Source of the DNA: Nanobdellota archaeon
GTDB taxonomy: Archaea > EX4484-52 > LFW-46
Reading direction: 5' to 3'
DNA length: 64,000 bases
Assembly (NCBI GenBank): GCA_018897155.1
Contig: JAHILE010000040.1
Location: forward strand, 20,157-84,156
Shown: positions 1 to 9,303 of the stretch, one piece after another
How positions within the stretch are numbered: the stretch's first letter is position 1
Layout of the letters: every line of letters starts with the position of its first letter
Program-made: the position numbers and the translations under genes
The notes under the pieces: generated by a model
Database searches by the model: none
What the model was told of the DNA's origin: nothing
The model's input: the letters and a program-made list of their open reading frames with translations, nothing else

Positions 1-44
1 GGACATGAATAAAACGCAAAAAAATGTAATAATATATACTTCAA

Positions 45-698
45 ATGTACATCAATGAACATATGGTCTTAAGCAGAATTCGTTTAAAAAACAGCGCCTT
101 GCTCGTCATCGATGTCATCAACTCCTGCTGTAGCTCCAAATGCGAAAGCAGAGAGCCAAAAATTACATTCAAGAAAATCAGAAAAATGGTTCCGGAATTG
201 GTCGCATTTATCAAAAAGTACAAAGAGTGCTCAGAAAACCCTGTTATCTATATCAATTGCACGCAATGGGATAAAGAGCATTTAGCCGCGAATATTAGTG
301 AATTATACAAAGACCCGAATTGCCGCTATTATTCTAAAGATAAAACAGGATTCCGCAATACGTTTTATAAGGTGAAACCGGATAGCTGCGACATCATCGT
401 TACAAAGAATGGCTATGATGCGTTTACAAATCCAGAATTAGATAGACTTTTGAAAAAGAGGCAAATAAGATACTTAATAGTGGCAGGTGTGTTCGGGGAT
501 GGGTGCGTGCACTCAACTATTCAAAGCGGTTTTTCCAAGGGATATAATTTCATAATCCTCAAAGACCTGATTGAGACAACCGACGTTAAAATACGGCAAA
601 ACTTGCAGAAACTGCTTAAAAGTTATACTTGGCCAGTAATGTTTGGGAAAACTATTAGTTCTGAAGAATTTCTAAATAGAAGTAGTAATCACTCATAA
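45..698 (+). CDS. isochorismatase-family cysteine hydrolase (nicotinamidase-like)
   Basis: The 'ALLVIDVINS' strand and 'VAGVFGDGCVHSTIQSG' catalytic-Cys region are typical of the isochorismatase family. Confidence 0.5.
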   Translation: MYINEHMVLSRIRLKNSALLVIDVINSCCSSKCESREPKITFKKIRKMVPELVAFIKKYKECSENPVIYINCTQWDKEHLAANISELYKDPNCRYYSKDKTGFRNTFYKVKPDSCDIIVTKNGYDAFTNPELDRLLKKRQIRYLIVAGVFGDGCVHSTIQSGFSKGYNFIILKDLIETTDVKIRQNLQKLLKSYTWPVMFGKTISSEEFLNRSSNHS

Positions 699-746
699 AT
701 GACGAAATATAGAAAGATTAATAAATACCTGAAACTAAAATAGATT

Positions 747-1358
747 ATGGTTGATTTATTCGTTTACGATGGAAGCCCGATTGTCAGGGATATGCATTTG
801 AAGAGTAACCAAAAGGATGAGGAACTCCAGAATGTATTTCGTGAGGTAATACGTTCGTTAAAGCCTAATATACCACAAGATCTATTGCTAAGAACAGTAG
901 TAGATTATAACCGCGATAATTTCGGAGGAGTTAACAGACTATTACTAAATTGTATGTCGAATGGTCATGACCGTATAAGCGATTCGAATTGGGGATCTAT
1001 CAATGATGAGGCGAAGAAAGAACTCATAATAAAAGGATACTCTTCTAAGGATGTTATCTATGCTAAGCCAGAAATAAGAGATGGAGACCCTAAACCATAT
1101 AATTGGTCAGGGGCTTCACACGGCGTAAATGTCGGTCTGCTTATTATTGATAAAGGCGCCTACAATGAAGAATTCTATACGATTTACGCACAAAATAATG
1201 TTAATGTACGAAAAAAGGGTCTTCGGGGGATTCTTCTTTTCGATATGGATAAAGAGCAAACCGAACCAAGAGCTAATCTACATGTGCCGTATGTGTCATT
1301 AGAGTATGTCGGAGAGGCCATGGATAAAATCCATCGTGCAGGATATTTTACCAAATAG
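747..1358 (+). CDS. hypothetical protein
   Basis: A 203-aa ORF with no recognisable motifs. It ends convergently with the DP2 gene. Confidence 0.35.
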   Translation: MVDLFVYDGSPIVRDMHLKSNQKDEELQNVFREVIRSLKPNIPQDLLLRTVVDYNRDNFGGVNRLLLNCMSNGHDRISDSNWGSINDEAKKELIIKGYSSKDVIYAKPEIRDGDPKPYNWSGASHGVNVGLLIIDKGAYNEEFYTIYAQNNVNVRKKGLRGILLFDMDKEQTEPRANLHVPYVSLEYVGEAMDKIHRAGYFTK

Positions 1359-1374
1359 TGCGTGTAAACTTCAA

Positions 1375-4300
1375 TTACTTCGCATTAAACCTTTCCAGCC
1401 CCAACTGCCTTGCTTTTTTTCCAAACAGGCTGTCAATATCTTTCTCAAGAAGCGAGAACTGCTGAAACAAATATGGCGATATCTTGTACTTTTCAATAAT
1501 ATGCTTTGTAGGCTCAACATATTTCCTTATCGCGCCTTCAGACACCGAAAGCATAAGCTTTCCTCCACAGTAGCACTTCCCGATTAAAGGTACTCTGCGG
1601 TACTTTGCATTACAGGTTGCGCACCGAACTTTCTGCTCTGAAAACGTGCGCAAATTCCCCTTTATGTCGCGAAGAAAATGCTTTGAAATAACCAACTCAG
1701 CCACAGAATCCTTATTCACGGCAACTATCTTCTCTGCAAGACCGAGTTGTGCAGTAACTTTGTCCTTCATGCTGCCAAGCTCCACATACTTTGTCTTAAT
1801 CGGCGCATCATTAACGTCGGCTGTGCCATGAGTGAACTTTATATGAAAGACCTCGGAAGTCTTTATTACATCTGCAACAAGGCGCGGCTTTTTTGTAAGT
1901 TCTGATATTGTTTTATAGTTCATGGTGTCTTCATAGAATTCAAGCGGGTATTCTGAAGAGATATCAACCCGCCATGCCTCATCATCCACTTCCTCAGGAT
2001 TAAGCTTGCTTGTAAGGACGAGTGGCGCATCCATTGTCCTCCCCCCGCGCGTGTCCGGCAAAAACTTACGAGAGAAATTAAGCAATGCATCCATCAAAAG
2101 CATTATTGAGTCTTCGTCGCCATCACAGTTTCCTGCAACAATGCCCGAGCAAATAAGGTTGTGATGCATATCAACAGTTACATCGTAAACATATTTTTCC
2201 CTGTTTTCAATAAACTTCTTGCCCACTATCTTGTCAACAAACGAATCCCCTTCAAGAACTGCTCGCGCAGTGCCTTTCTTTGTGAGCCACTGCTCCAAAA
2301 GTGCTTTGGCGCGAACTTGCTTATCTTCGACAAACCCTATTGTCTCAATATATTTTCTGGCGTCATCACCATATAATCTTATTTTATACGAATGCAAAAA
2401 TTTGGGCTTTCCGTAGAATTTTAAGATTAATTCGCTTTTTATTTCGCGGTTTTCTTCATAAATTGAATGTTTGATGCCCAAAAACATCAAAATTACTGAA
2501 ACAGAATCAATGAGCCACTTATTAACCGAGGTAACATTGACTTCAAGAGTGCTTTGAATGGCGCAGGAGCCATCGCCTGAAAAATATCCTCTTAAAAGTG
2601 CGGCAAGTTTTTCTTTTGGCAAAGAATAAACAAAATTTGGAACTCGTTTGCTTCGCGCGTCCTTTCCAACTTCGAGATAATTAAATAATTCATAAACAAA
2701 CCGCGAGCATATAGTAACTGCATTTCCGGACGTGTTTGGCGTCAAGCCAAAAACATCCTTTATTTTCGTTTCAAGATACGCTTTCACCCGCGCCTTAGTG
2801 GCAGTTATTGAAATCTGATGCGTATTTTTTTGATTTTTCTTTGTATATCCTTCGGCAAGATAAAAGCCCAGAATGCATAAAAAATCCTCGTTAAGAAGAA
2901 TCTCGGGCTTTATAGATATAGAATCCCTTTTGCTTCCAAGAAAATATTTTTTGTTTTCGAATAGATTCTGGCTAAAATGCTCAACAATATCAAGCGGATA
3001 AAACTTTCGATAAACATAATTAGTGAGTGTTTTATAATTCATCCCAAGATTAGCGCTGATTTGCGACAAAATTGTTCCGTTGCCAAAAATCTGCTCTTCG
3101 GTTCTTACCATAACATTTCTGTTATTAACGACATCAAGCAAATCTATTTTCTCAACATCAGATGTAATCGGGTTTTCTATTTGCCACGGTATTAGGACTT
3201 CGGTCGCATCTTCGGCGCGTATTTTTTCACCGCATTTGTTCAATAACAGATGGTCTGGGGTAACAACTATTTTTCTTCCGCACTTAGTTTTAATCTCTAA
3301 CAGGATTTGTGGAGCGGGATGTTTTGAAACATGCGTCATATCCGAAAGCTCGAATTTTTTGGTGAGTTTATTAAAAGCAAATGTTTTCAATCCAGCAATC
3401 GTTTTATATTCTGTTCCAAAAGCGTCTGTTTCAACCCCATCCGTAAGATTCGTCTCCACTAATTCGCGAATAGTTGATAATCTAAACTCTTTTCCATCAT
3501 GTACAATAATTTTTTCGTTGCCAAAAAAACAATTCCTTCTTTTGCCAGCATGCCAGAATGGATGCGCATAACATACTTTTGAACGAGTAAAGCCTACAAT
3601 TCTGCCCACTATGCCTGCAGATGTGTGTGGAGCAAGCCCTACAACCAGCTGACCCACCAAATCCTCTCTTGAGTTCATATTATAATACGGCGGAAGGCTG
3701 TAAAACTTTACAAGAAGCTCGTCGATAAACCTGCTGACATTCAGCATGTAATTTACTGATGAGAACTCTTCATTGTCGGATATGACAATATCCTGTACGC
3801 TCAGCTCAAGAATCTGATTCTCATTTTCAAGCGGTCTGCCCAAATAATCATTCACATAGCCTATGGATTTCAACTTTGCAACAGAAACGCCAAGCTCAGA
3901 TGGCTTGAAGTGTGTCATTGAGATATCAGAAGCATCATATCGTGTAGTGCCGTCCTTATTCACGTAAAGCTCGTATTTTGTACGAAGAACGCCTTTTTCA
4001 AGATATTCCATGCTTCTCTCAGGGCCTGAAACTCCCCTAACGCCTTTGAATAGCTTTGGCAATTGAACAACTGAAATGTTTTTGAACGCCTCATCAAGTA
4101 GCTCTTTCAATTTAATAGTCATCTTACGATATTTTTTTGTAGGCTGGTTGCAGTGCATAGTTGCTTCAACAATGGAATTACATGACTGACAAATATTTCT
4201 CGGAGTTCCGCGCACATTGCATTTTGGGCACATAGAAAATACATTCTCAGCACCGCATGAAGTGCATTTAAAGACCGGAAATTCTGCAGTTACTTTTCCG

Positions 4301-6249
4301 GAGGAATACGCCTCCATGAGATTGCGCATTTTTCCGCCTTCAATGCCGCAGGGAAAAAGTATCTGAGGCTTGCCTTTCAAAAGTCGTTTTTCCGCCTTTT
4401 CTGGTCTGCCCATTCTTATGCCTATGCGCGTCAATCCCCGTTCACGCACCCTTATTCCTGCAAGTTTTGATACTGCAGACATGGCTGATGTTTCCTGCGC
4501 AATAGATGCTAAAATATCTGCAACATTCTCTTTTGTCGGCTTTCCAAGCGAATAATATGCTCCAAGCGATTTTCCGGACAATATTACTTTTTCATCTTTT
4601 ACCGTACAAGGAGTACAAAGGATTTCAAGAATCCGAAATGATTCTGCCTTTGCAAGCGCAGCACGTTCGCCTTCAGCATCATTCTCGATTGTAGCTGTTG
4701 AAAACCATTGAATGAGTTCTTTCAATTCTCCGATTGACAAATCATGCCAAAAGAAATTGTACTCCGGATGAAGCGGTATTCCAAGCTCGCGCGCAATGTC
4801 GAAAGCCTCCGAAATCGTCGGCGGCTTTAAAGCATATTTTTCATAAGAATACTCTGAATTCTTTTCAGAAATTGCTTTTTTCAATTCCAGCAGCCACCAT
4901 TCTTTGCAATAAGCCGAGGGCATCAACATATGATTGTTTGACACAAACTCGCCATATGGAACAACAATATCCCCTAAAGAAAGAATGGACTCAACAGATG
5001 TTTTGTGCTGTTTCACTTCCTCGCGCGTCCTTAGTTCAAGAATGGTTCCATTTCGAAGTTTTACTATCGGAGGATCTATTGTATCGCAAGGCGCACAAAC
5101 AGTGGCCTTTCCAGGAAACTCTGTTGCAAGCTGAGTGCCTACTGCAATGAATTCTGTAAGCCACATCGTAGCAGGGTGCAAAGAAGTTGCTGCAAGCCCT
5201 CCTGTTCTTGAGCGGCCGTATCGTAATCTGAAACCGCCGCGTTTTGAAGGATGTGAGAATATCGGCCTTCCTGCAAGCACTTTTGAAAGATATGTGTCTT
5301 TAGGGGTATATTTTGCCGCATTCGGATTGTCTTTTAGCTCAACCTTTTTTGCAGCATGAATGCTGTTTTTCAGCTTTACAAAATCTGCAAGCCACAGCCA
5401 GTTTTTAAGATCGTATTCTTCAGGATATTTCTTCACCCTGCCAAGAACTTTCTCTGCCTTAAGCGGGATTCCGTCAAGAAGAATCAGGCACATCCCCCCA
5501 CGAATTTTATTTGTTTCAACTCTTGGAAGATCCTTGCAGGTTGAGACTTCAAGCTCTTCTGTAGGGTCTCCAGTAATTTCTACAGGAACGTTTTTTATTA
5601 TTGCGGTCATTTCCTCTTTTGTCGGATGATATTGCTTTGCAGTGACGCGCGTGTAATAATCCTCGACCTCGACAAAATACCGATTTATCTCTGCTTCTGT
5701 GGGCTTGTAAGCACCTATTTTCAGCGCCTTTCTTATGAAATCCGCTGCAAGAACAGAAACTGCTGAGGCGGTTCCTCCTGCAGACCTTATCGGGCCTGCG
5801 TAATAGACTGCAAGATAATCTGTTCCGTCATCATTCTTTTTGATAAGAACTTTTGAAATCCCCTCAAGAGGCGCAGTCACAACACCGAGTGTAAGATAGG
5901 CTACTGCAATGCGCAAACCGACCTCTGCGAATTTTTCTGCGGTTCCAAAATCTCCGTATTTTCCTATTGCAACATTCCTGCCGATAAGAAGCGCCACTCG
6001 CTCGTCATTTTTGCCGTACTTCCCCTCAAGCACCCGTATTCCTTCCTTCAACCCTGAACCAAAAAGCGTTGGAAAAAACGTAGAAACAAGGCCTTCGACT
6101 CTTGCCGCAAGGTCCTCTGCAAGAAGGATTTCAACAGTTGTCTCGGGATCTTTACCTTTTGCGCGAGCAGCTGTTGCAATAGAATATGCATTGTCAACCT
6201 CTTTTTGTATTGAGTCAAAATATTTTTGAGTCTGTGCATCAGTCTGCAT
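1375..6249 (-). CDS. DNA polymerase II (PolD) large subunit DP2, intein-containing
   Basis: The N-terminus is DP2-like ('YFDSIQKEVDNAYSIATAARAKGKDPE'). The conserved 'HPFWHAGKRRN|CDGDED' catalytic block is split by an insertion. The C-terminal Zn finger reads 'CATCNAKYRRVPLIGKCYCGG'. At 1624 aa it is larger than the ~1150 aa expected for DP2. Confidence 0.9.
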   Translation of the reverse strand: MQTDAQTQKYFDSIQKEVDNAYSIATAARAKGKDPETTVEILLAEDLAARVEGLVSTFFPTLFGSGLKEGIRVLEGKYGKNDERVALLIGRNVAIGKYGDFGTAEKFAEVGLRIAVAYLTLGVVTAPLEGISKVLIKKNDDGTDYLAVYYAGPIRSAGGTASAVSVLAADFIRKALKIGAYKPTEAEINRYFVEVEDYYTRVTAKQYHPTKEEMTAIIKNVPVEITGDPTEELEVSTCKDLPRVETNKIRGGMCLILLDGIPLKAEKVLGRVKKYPEEYDLKNWLWLADFVKLKNSIHAAKKVELKDNPNAAKYTPKDTYLSKVLAGRPIFSHPSKRGGFRLRYGRSRTGGLAATSLHPATMWLTEFIAVGTQLATEFPGKATVCAPCDTIDPPIVKLRNGTILELRTREEVKQHKTSVESILSLGDIVVPYGEFVSNNHMLMPSAYCKEWWLLELKKAISEKNSEYSYEKYALKPPTISEAFDIARELGIPLHPEYNFFWHDLSIGELKELIQWFSTATIENDAEGERAALAKAESFRILEILCTPCTVKDEKVILSGKSLGAYYSLGKPTKENVADILASIAQETSAMSAVSKLAGIRVRERGLTRIGIRMGRPEKAEKRLLKGKPQILFPCGIEGGKMRNLMEAYSSGKVTAEFPVFKCTSCGAENVFSMCPKCNVRGTPRNICQSCNSIVEATMHCNQPTKKYRKMTIKLKELLDEAFKNISVVQLPKLFKGVRGVSGPERSMEYLEKGVLRTKYELYVNKDGTTRYDASDISMTHFKPSELGVSVAKLKSIGYVNDYLGRPLENENQILELSVQDIVISDNEEFSSVNYMLNVSRFIDELLVKFYSLPPYYNMNSREDLVGQLVVGLAPHTSAGIVGRIVGFTRSKVCYAHPFWHAGKRRNCFFGNEKIIVHDGKEFRLSTIRELVETNLTDGVETDAFGTEYKTIAGLKTFAFNKLTKKFELSDMTHVSKHPAPQILLEIKTKCGRKIVVTPDHLLLNKCGEKIRAEDATEVLIPWQIENPITSDVEKIDLLDVVNNRNVMVRTEEQIFGNGTILSQISANLGMNYKTLTNYVYRKFYPLDIVEHFSQNLFENKKYFLGSKRDSISIKPEILLNEDFLCILGFYLAEGYTKKNQKNTHQISITATKARVKAYLETKIKDVFGLTPNTSGNAVTICSRFVYELFNYLEVGKDARSKRVPNFVYSLPKEKLAALLRGYFSGDGSCAIQSTLEVNVTSVNKWLIDSVSVILMFLGIKHSIYEENREIKSELILKFYGKPKFLHSYKIRLYGDDARKYIETIGFVEDKQVRAKALLEQWLTKKGTARAVLEGDSFVDKIVGKKFIENREKYVYDVTVDMHHNLICSGIVAGNCDGDEDSIMLLMDALLNFSRKFLPDTRGGRTMDAPLVLTSKLNPEEVDDEAWRVDISSEYPLEFYEDTMNYKTISELTKKPRLVADVIKTSEVFHIKFTHGTADVNDAPIKTKYVELGSMKDKVTAQLGLAEKIVAVNKDSVAELVISKHFLRDIKGNLRTFSEQKVRCATCNAKYRRVPLIGKCYCGGKLMLSVSEGAIRKYVEPTKHIIEKYKISPYLFQQFSLLEKDIDSLFGKKARQLGLERFNAK
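2128..3531 (-). other. intein (468 aa) with LAGLIDADG homing-endonuclease domain inside DP2
   Basis: It begins 'CFFGNEKIIVHDG' directly after 'AGKRRN' and ends 'ICSGIVAGN' directly before extein 'CDGDEDS'. Two LAGLIDADG motifs are present: 'LCILGFYLAEGYT' and 'LLRGYFSGDGS'. Confidence 0.75.
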
Positions 6250-6323
6250 AAGTGTATTGTGCAGATGAGATTTTTAAAAGAAAGGCTTGTAAGGATTATT
6301 AATTAATACTCCTTAGTGATGCA

Positions 6324-7061
6324 ATGATAAATCATATTTATGAATCCGTTGGATCTTCGTATTCTAATTCGGGCATATCATACAATCTACCCAGCTCTAT
6401 CGAAAATCTGAAAAAGGAATATCATTTTAAAAAAATCGGTGCGTCGATAAATCTCCAGAAGGTGGGATCTGTTAAAATCGGATCATCTGCTAACAATCTA
6501 TACGCAATATTGCTTGAATTTTCAGACACAATTCCTTTTTCAATAACTAAAAAGGATGAAGTAACGTTGGACGCGTTTATGGATCTTAGAGGTAATGAAA
6601 ACGTTATTGATGAATTAAAAAGAATATCGGAAGAAGAAATACATCAGAAAAGAATGGAACTTCAAGATAGTCTTGAAAAAAGATTTCAAAAAGTAGGTAG
6701 TATTCATGTCTCAAAACCTGAAGAAATATTAAAAAAACATATAGACGCTCATCTAACCGTCCCCTACTCTGTTTTAGGTGTTATAAGTGGCGTAATAATG
6801 ATATATGGCGGCGAAACATTAGCTGAAAAAATACTTGGCGGTACTCTTGCCATTGGATCCCCCACAGCCACTACTTTGCTTGGAGAGGGCATATACAGTA
6901 GTGATAAAACGGTCATTCAAGTAGCATTGAACAATAAAGCCGATTCAGAAATAGAGTGCTTATTCAAATCCGCATACCCTGAAATGACACTATCTCTCTC
7001 GAAAAGAGAAATTGCCGCGCTTATCATTAAGGAAAGCGTTAGTGAAGGGAAAAAAATTTGA
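6324..7061 (+). CDS. hypothetical protein (C-terminal hydrophobic segment)
   Basis: A 245-aa ORF with no recognisable motifs. Confidence 0.35.
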   Translation: MINHIYESVGSSYSNSGISYNLPSSIENLKKEYHFKKIGASINLQKVGSVKIGSSANNLYAILLEFSDTIPFSITKKDEVTLDAFMDLRGNENVIDELKRISEEEIHQKRMELQDSLEKRFQKVGSIHVSKPEEILKKHIDAHLTVPYSVLGVISGVIMIYGGETLAEKILGGTLAIGSPTATTLLGEGIYSSDKTVIQVALNNKADSEIECLFKSAYPEMTLSLSKREIAALIIKESVSEGKKI

Positions 7062-7132
7062 AAACACATACCAATCCATAAAACATATAAGGGCTAAAGA
7101 CGCTTTCCACGATAAAGATATCTAAAATATGA

Positions 7133-7318
7133 AGCCCTGGGCGCGAATTTCACCGGTTCTGGGCAGACATGCGACCTCAACGAAGTTGAAGTCGCTCCTT
7201 CTTTCTTTTCCACCCGGACTTGTCTATTCTTTCTTGAAAAGAAAGAAAAGAAACCATGTTTTGAACGCACGACCTTTACCTTACCAAGGTAACGCTCCAC
7301 CAGCTGAGCTACCAGGGC
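7133..7318 (-). tRNA. tRNA-Thr(GGU) with ~115-nt intron in the T-loop region
   Basis: Minus-strand read: GCCCTGG-TA-GCTC AGCTGGTG GAGC-G-TTACC TTGGTAA GGTAA-AGGTC-GTGCG TTCAA[...]-CGCGC-CCAGGGC. The acceptor, D, anticodon and T stems all pair. The T-loop is interrupted after TTCAAA by an insert with long CT/GA-rich complementary arms. Confidence 0.6.
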
Positions 7319-7378
7319 ACTGACATAACTAGAGAATGAATCTTTTTATTAGTTTAAAAATTCACCCATAAGCCGCTG

Positions 7379-7393
7379 TTTAAATTATATATA
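7379..7393 (+). promoter_or_regulatory. putative archaeal TATA/BRE element upstream of ORF 7420
   Basis: The motif 'tttaaattatatata' lies ~30 bp upstream of the ORF start. Confidence 0.3.
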
Positions 7394-7419
7394 CTCGCGC
7401 ATCGAATAGTAATGTATAT

Positions 7420-7971
7420 TTGCAATTTGGTGATTTTCTGGGGAAAAAAGATGAGGTTGAAATTAAAGGCGATGATGACTATGAAATTGTAGCTCTTTCA
7501 CCCATAAGGCGTCTTGAAAAACGGCTTGAAACAATGGAAAACACAAAGACTACAAACAATCTTGAAAAATTCATCGACAAAATGATGGACATGGTGGAAC
7601 TAAACCAAAAGATCATTGAAGATATTGTCAGATCCAACCAGGCAACGCGCGAAGATATTGGAATACTTGTGGGAAAACTTGATTCTTTGCAGGCAAAAAT
7701 ATCGAGCTTTGTAGAGATGGTTCAAAGCGCTGCGGAGTCAGATGTTGCCCAGACCGCTGCCGAAAGTACAACAGAAACAATAAAGCCGCTAATAGACCGC
7801 CTCGAAACAATGAGCGACCAGACAAAGGAAACAAACGCCCAGCTAGTCGAAAGCCTCGGAAACATAGAAAAGCTTCTAAGAAAACAGCCTCAATCAACAC
7901 TACCTACATCGCCGTCCAGCCAGACTGCTCGTGACATTCTTGCAAGGCGAGGCATAAGACCTCAAGAATAA
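7420..7971 (+). CDS. hypothetical coiled-coil protein
   Basis: A 183-aa ORF with an apparent TTG start, predicted helical and charged. Confidence 0.4.
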   Translation: MQFGDFLGKKDEVEIKGDDDYEIVALSPIRRLEKRLETMENTKTTNNLEKFIDKMMDMVELNQKIIEDIVRSNQATREDIGILVGKLDSLQAKISSFVEMVQSAAESDVAQTAAESTTETIKPLIDRLETMSDQTKETNAQLVESLGNIEKLLRKQPQSTLPTSPSSQTARDILARRGIRPQE

Positions 7972-7987
7972 TTGGAGAATGAATTAA

Positions 7988-8224
7988 ATGAGATCCGATC
8001 CAAAACATATGGAGCTCGTATTAATCGCTGCAATAATAACAGTAACCATTGTAACATTCGTGCTAATTTTAGCAGGCACTCTTTCAAATACGCCGCAAAC
8101 AACTCTAATAAATGTGAGTCTGCTTATGATATTTGGCGGATTGCTGCTATTAAGCATCATAAGCCTTCAGATATATGACAAACTGATAGAAATTAATGAA
8201 ACACTGAAAACGAGACATAAATGA
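7988..8224 (+). CDS. small membrane protein (2 TM)
   Basis: Two hydrophobic segments: 'LVLIAAIITVTIVTFVLILAG' and 'LLMIFGGLLLLSIISL'. Confidence 0.3.
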   Translation: MRSDPKHMELVLIAAIITVTIVTFVLILAGTLSNTPQTTLINVSLLMIFGGLLLLSIISLQIYDKLIEINETLKTRHK

Positions 8225-8263
8225 ATTCAGAAACAGTGCCTTTTAAGATTTATTAAGTTCTAG

Positions 8264-8275
8264 AAAAATATAAAA
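8264..8275 (+). promoter_or_regulatory. putative TATA box for tRNA-Leu
   Basis: The motif 'aaaaatataaaa' lies ~20-25 bp upstream of the tRNA 5' end. Confidence 0.25.
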
Positions 8276-8289
8276 CTGTGCCGCACAAT

Positions 8290-8447
8290 GCAGGGGTAGC
8301 CAAGCGGTCAACGGCGGTGGACTCAAAAATATTGAGTTATAGACCAACACAGGCAATAACTTTAGGAAATCCACTCTCTTAGTGAGTTCGAGGGTTCAAA
8401 ACAGTTTTCAGATAAATGAAAAAACTGTGAAAATCCCTTCTCCTGCA
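8290..8447 (+). tRNA. tRNA-Leu(CAA), long variable arm, two introns (anticodon loop and T-loop)
   Basis: GCAGGGG-TA-GCC..GGC D arm, anticodon stem GTGGA/TCCAC and loop CTCAAA|intron(~41 nt)|A. A long variable arm 'TCTCTTAGTGAGTTC' follows. The T-stem GAGGG...CCCTT is interrupted after TTCAAAA by ~33 nt. The acceptor 3' strand is CTCCTGC. Confidence 0.55.
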
Positions 8448-8562
8448 TCACATTCTTGCATATAAAATAAAGAAATTACCTAAAATTTGCGCATCTCAAC
8501 CGCAGTAAAGCTGCTGGGTATTAACCCAAACTGAAAAATAAAGACACAAAAGAGCCTAAGAA

Positions 8563-9093
8563 TTATTTCTTTATTCCGCCAAGCTCGCTTTTTAATGAAT
8601 CTAATTCACTGCGAAGGTCAATAAATTCGTCAGATGCTATAGATCCAGATATCTCAGGAACATGAAGCCCTTCAGGCGCAACAAGTTTCGATTCTATTTC
8701 TTCAATTTCTGCATCAATTTTGTCGAGCGCCACTTCCATGCGGGTAATAGCTTCAGACTTAAGCTTTTCTGCTTTTGCAAGTAAAGAAACCGTATCTGCT
8801 ATGACCTTCATATCTCCTTTCGCTTCGGCAAGTTTTTTGCCGATTGCTGCATGCTCTTCAACCTTTACAAAAAGCTCGGTATCTATAGCGGATGATGCTC
8901 GTTCCTCAGGCTTTTTATATGGATTTACAGATACATAGGACCGTGGTTTTTCTGGAATCTGTGTATTTTTAACGGGCTTAGTTTCTTCAATTGGCTTTTC
9001 ATCACTAAATGATTCTGTTTCCGAATCAAGGCCGACAATTGCGCGAAGTTTCTCTATTTCCATGTCGCTTAGCTTTTCATCCATAAACGTCAA
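8563..9093 (-). CDS. hypothetical acidic coiled-coil protein
   Basis: A 176-aa Glu/Lys-rich ORF. Confidence 0.4.
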   Translation of the reverse strand: MTFMDEKLSDMEIEKLRAIVGLDSETESFSDEKPIEETKPVKNTQIPEKPRSYVSVNPYKKPEERASSAIDTELFVKVEEHAAIGKKLAEAKGDMKVIADTVSLLAKAEKLKSEAITRMEVALDKIDAEIEEIESKLVAPEGLHVPEISGSIASDEFIDLRSELDSLKSELGGIKK

Positions 9094-9206
9094 TATAAAT
9101 ATTTATTCACGTTACTATATATCCTTTATTCGCGACAGCCCCAAAATCATCCAAACTTTTGAAACATTTTGGCTTTAAATTTTTGAAAAATAAAATTAGT
9201 TTTGAT

Positions 9207-9278
9207 GGACCTGTAGTCTAACGGATAGGACACGGCCTTGCGGAGGCTGAGATCCGGGTTCGATTCCCGGTGGGTTCG
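9207..9278 (+). tRNA. tRNA-Arg(GCG), no intron
   Basis: The T arm CCGGG TTCGATT CCCGG is canonical. The anticodon stem is CGGCC/GGCTG with loop TTGCGGA. The D stem is GTCT/GGAC. The acceptor GGACCTG/TGGGTTC carries three G-U pairs. Confidence 0.6.
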
Positions 9279-9303
9279 TTTTTAATCATCATGCAAGTTG
9301 TGT

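Noticed and set aside
7094-7323. ORFs 7094..7300 (-) and 7129..7323 (+) overlap the tRNA-Thr locus.
   Set aside because: The region folds into a complete intron-containing tRNA, so the ORFs are spurious.
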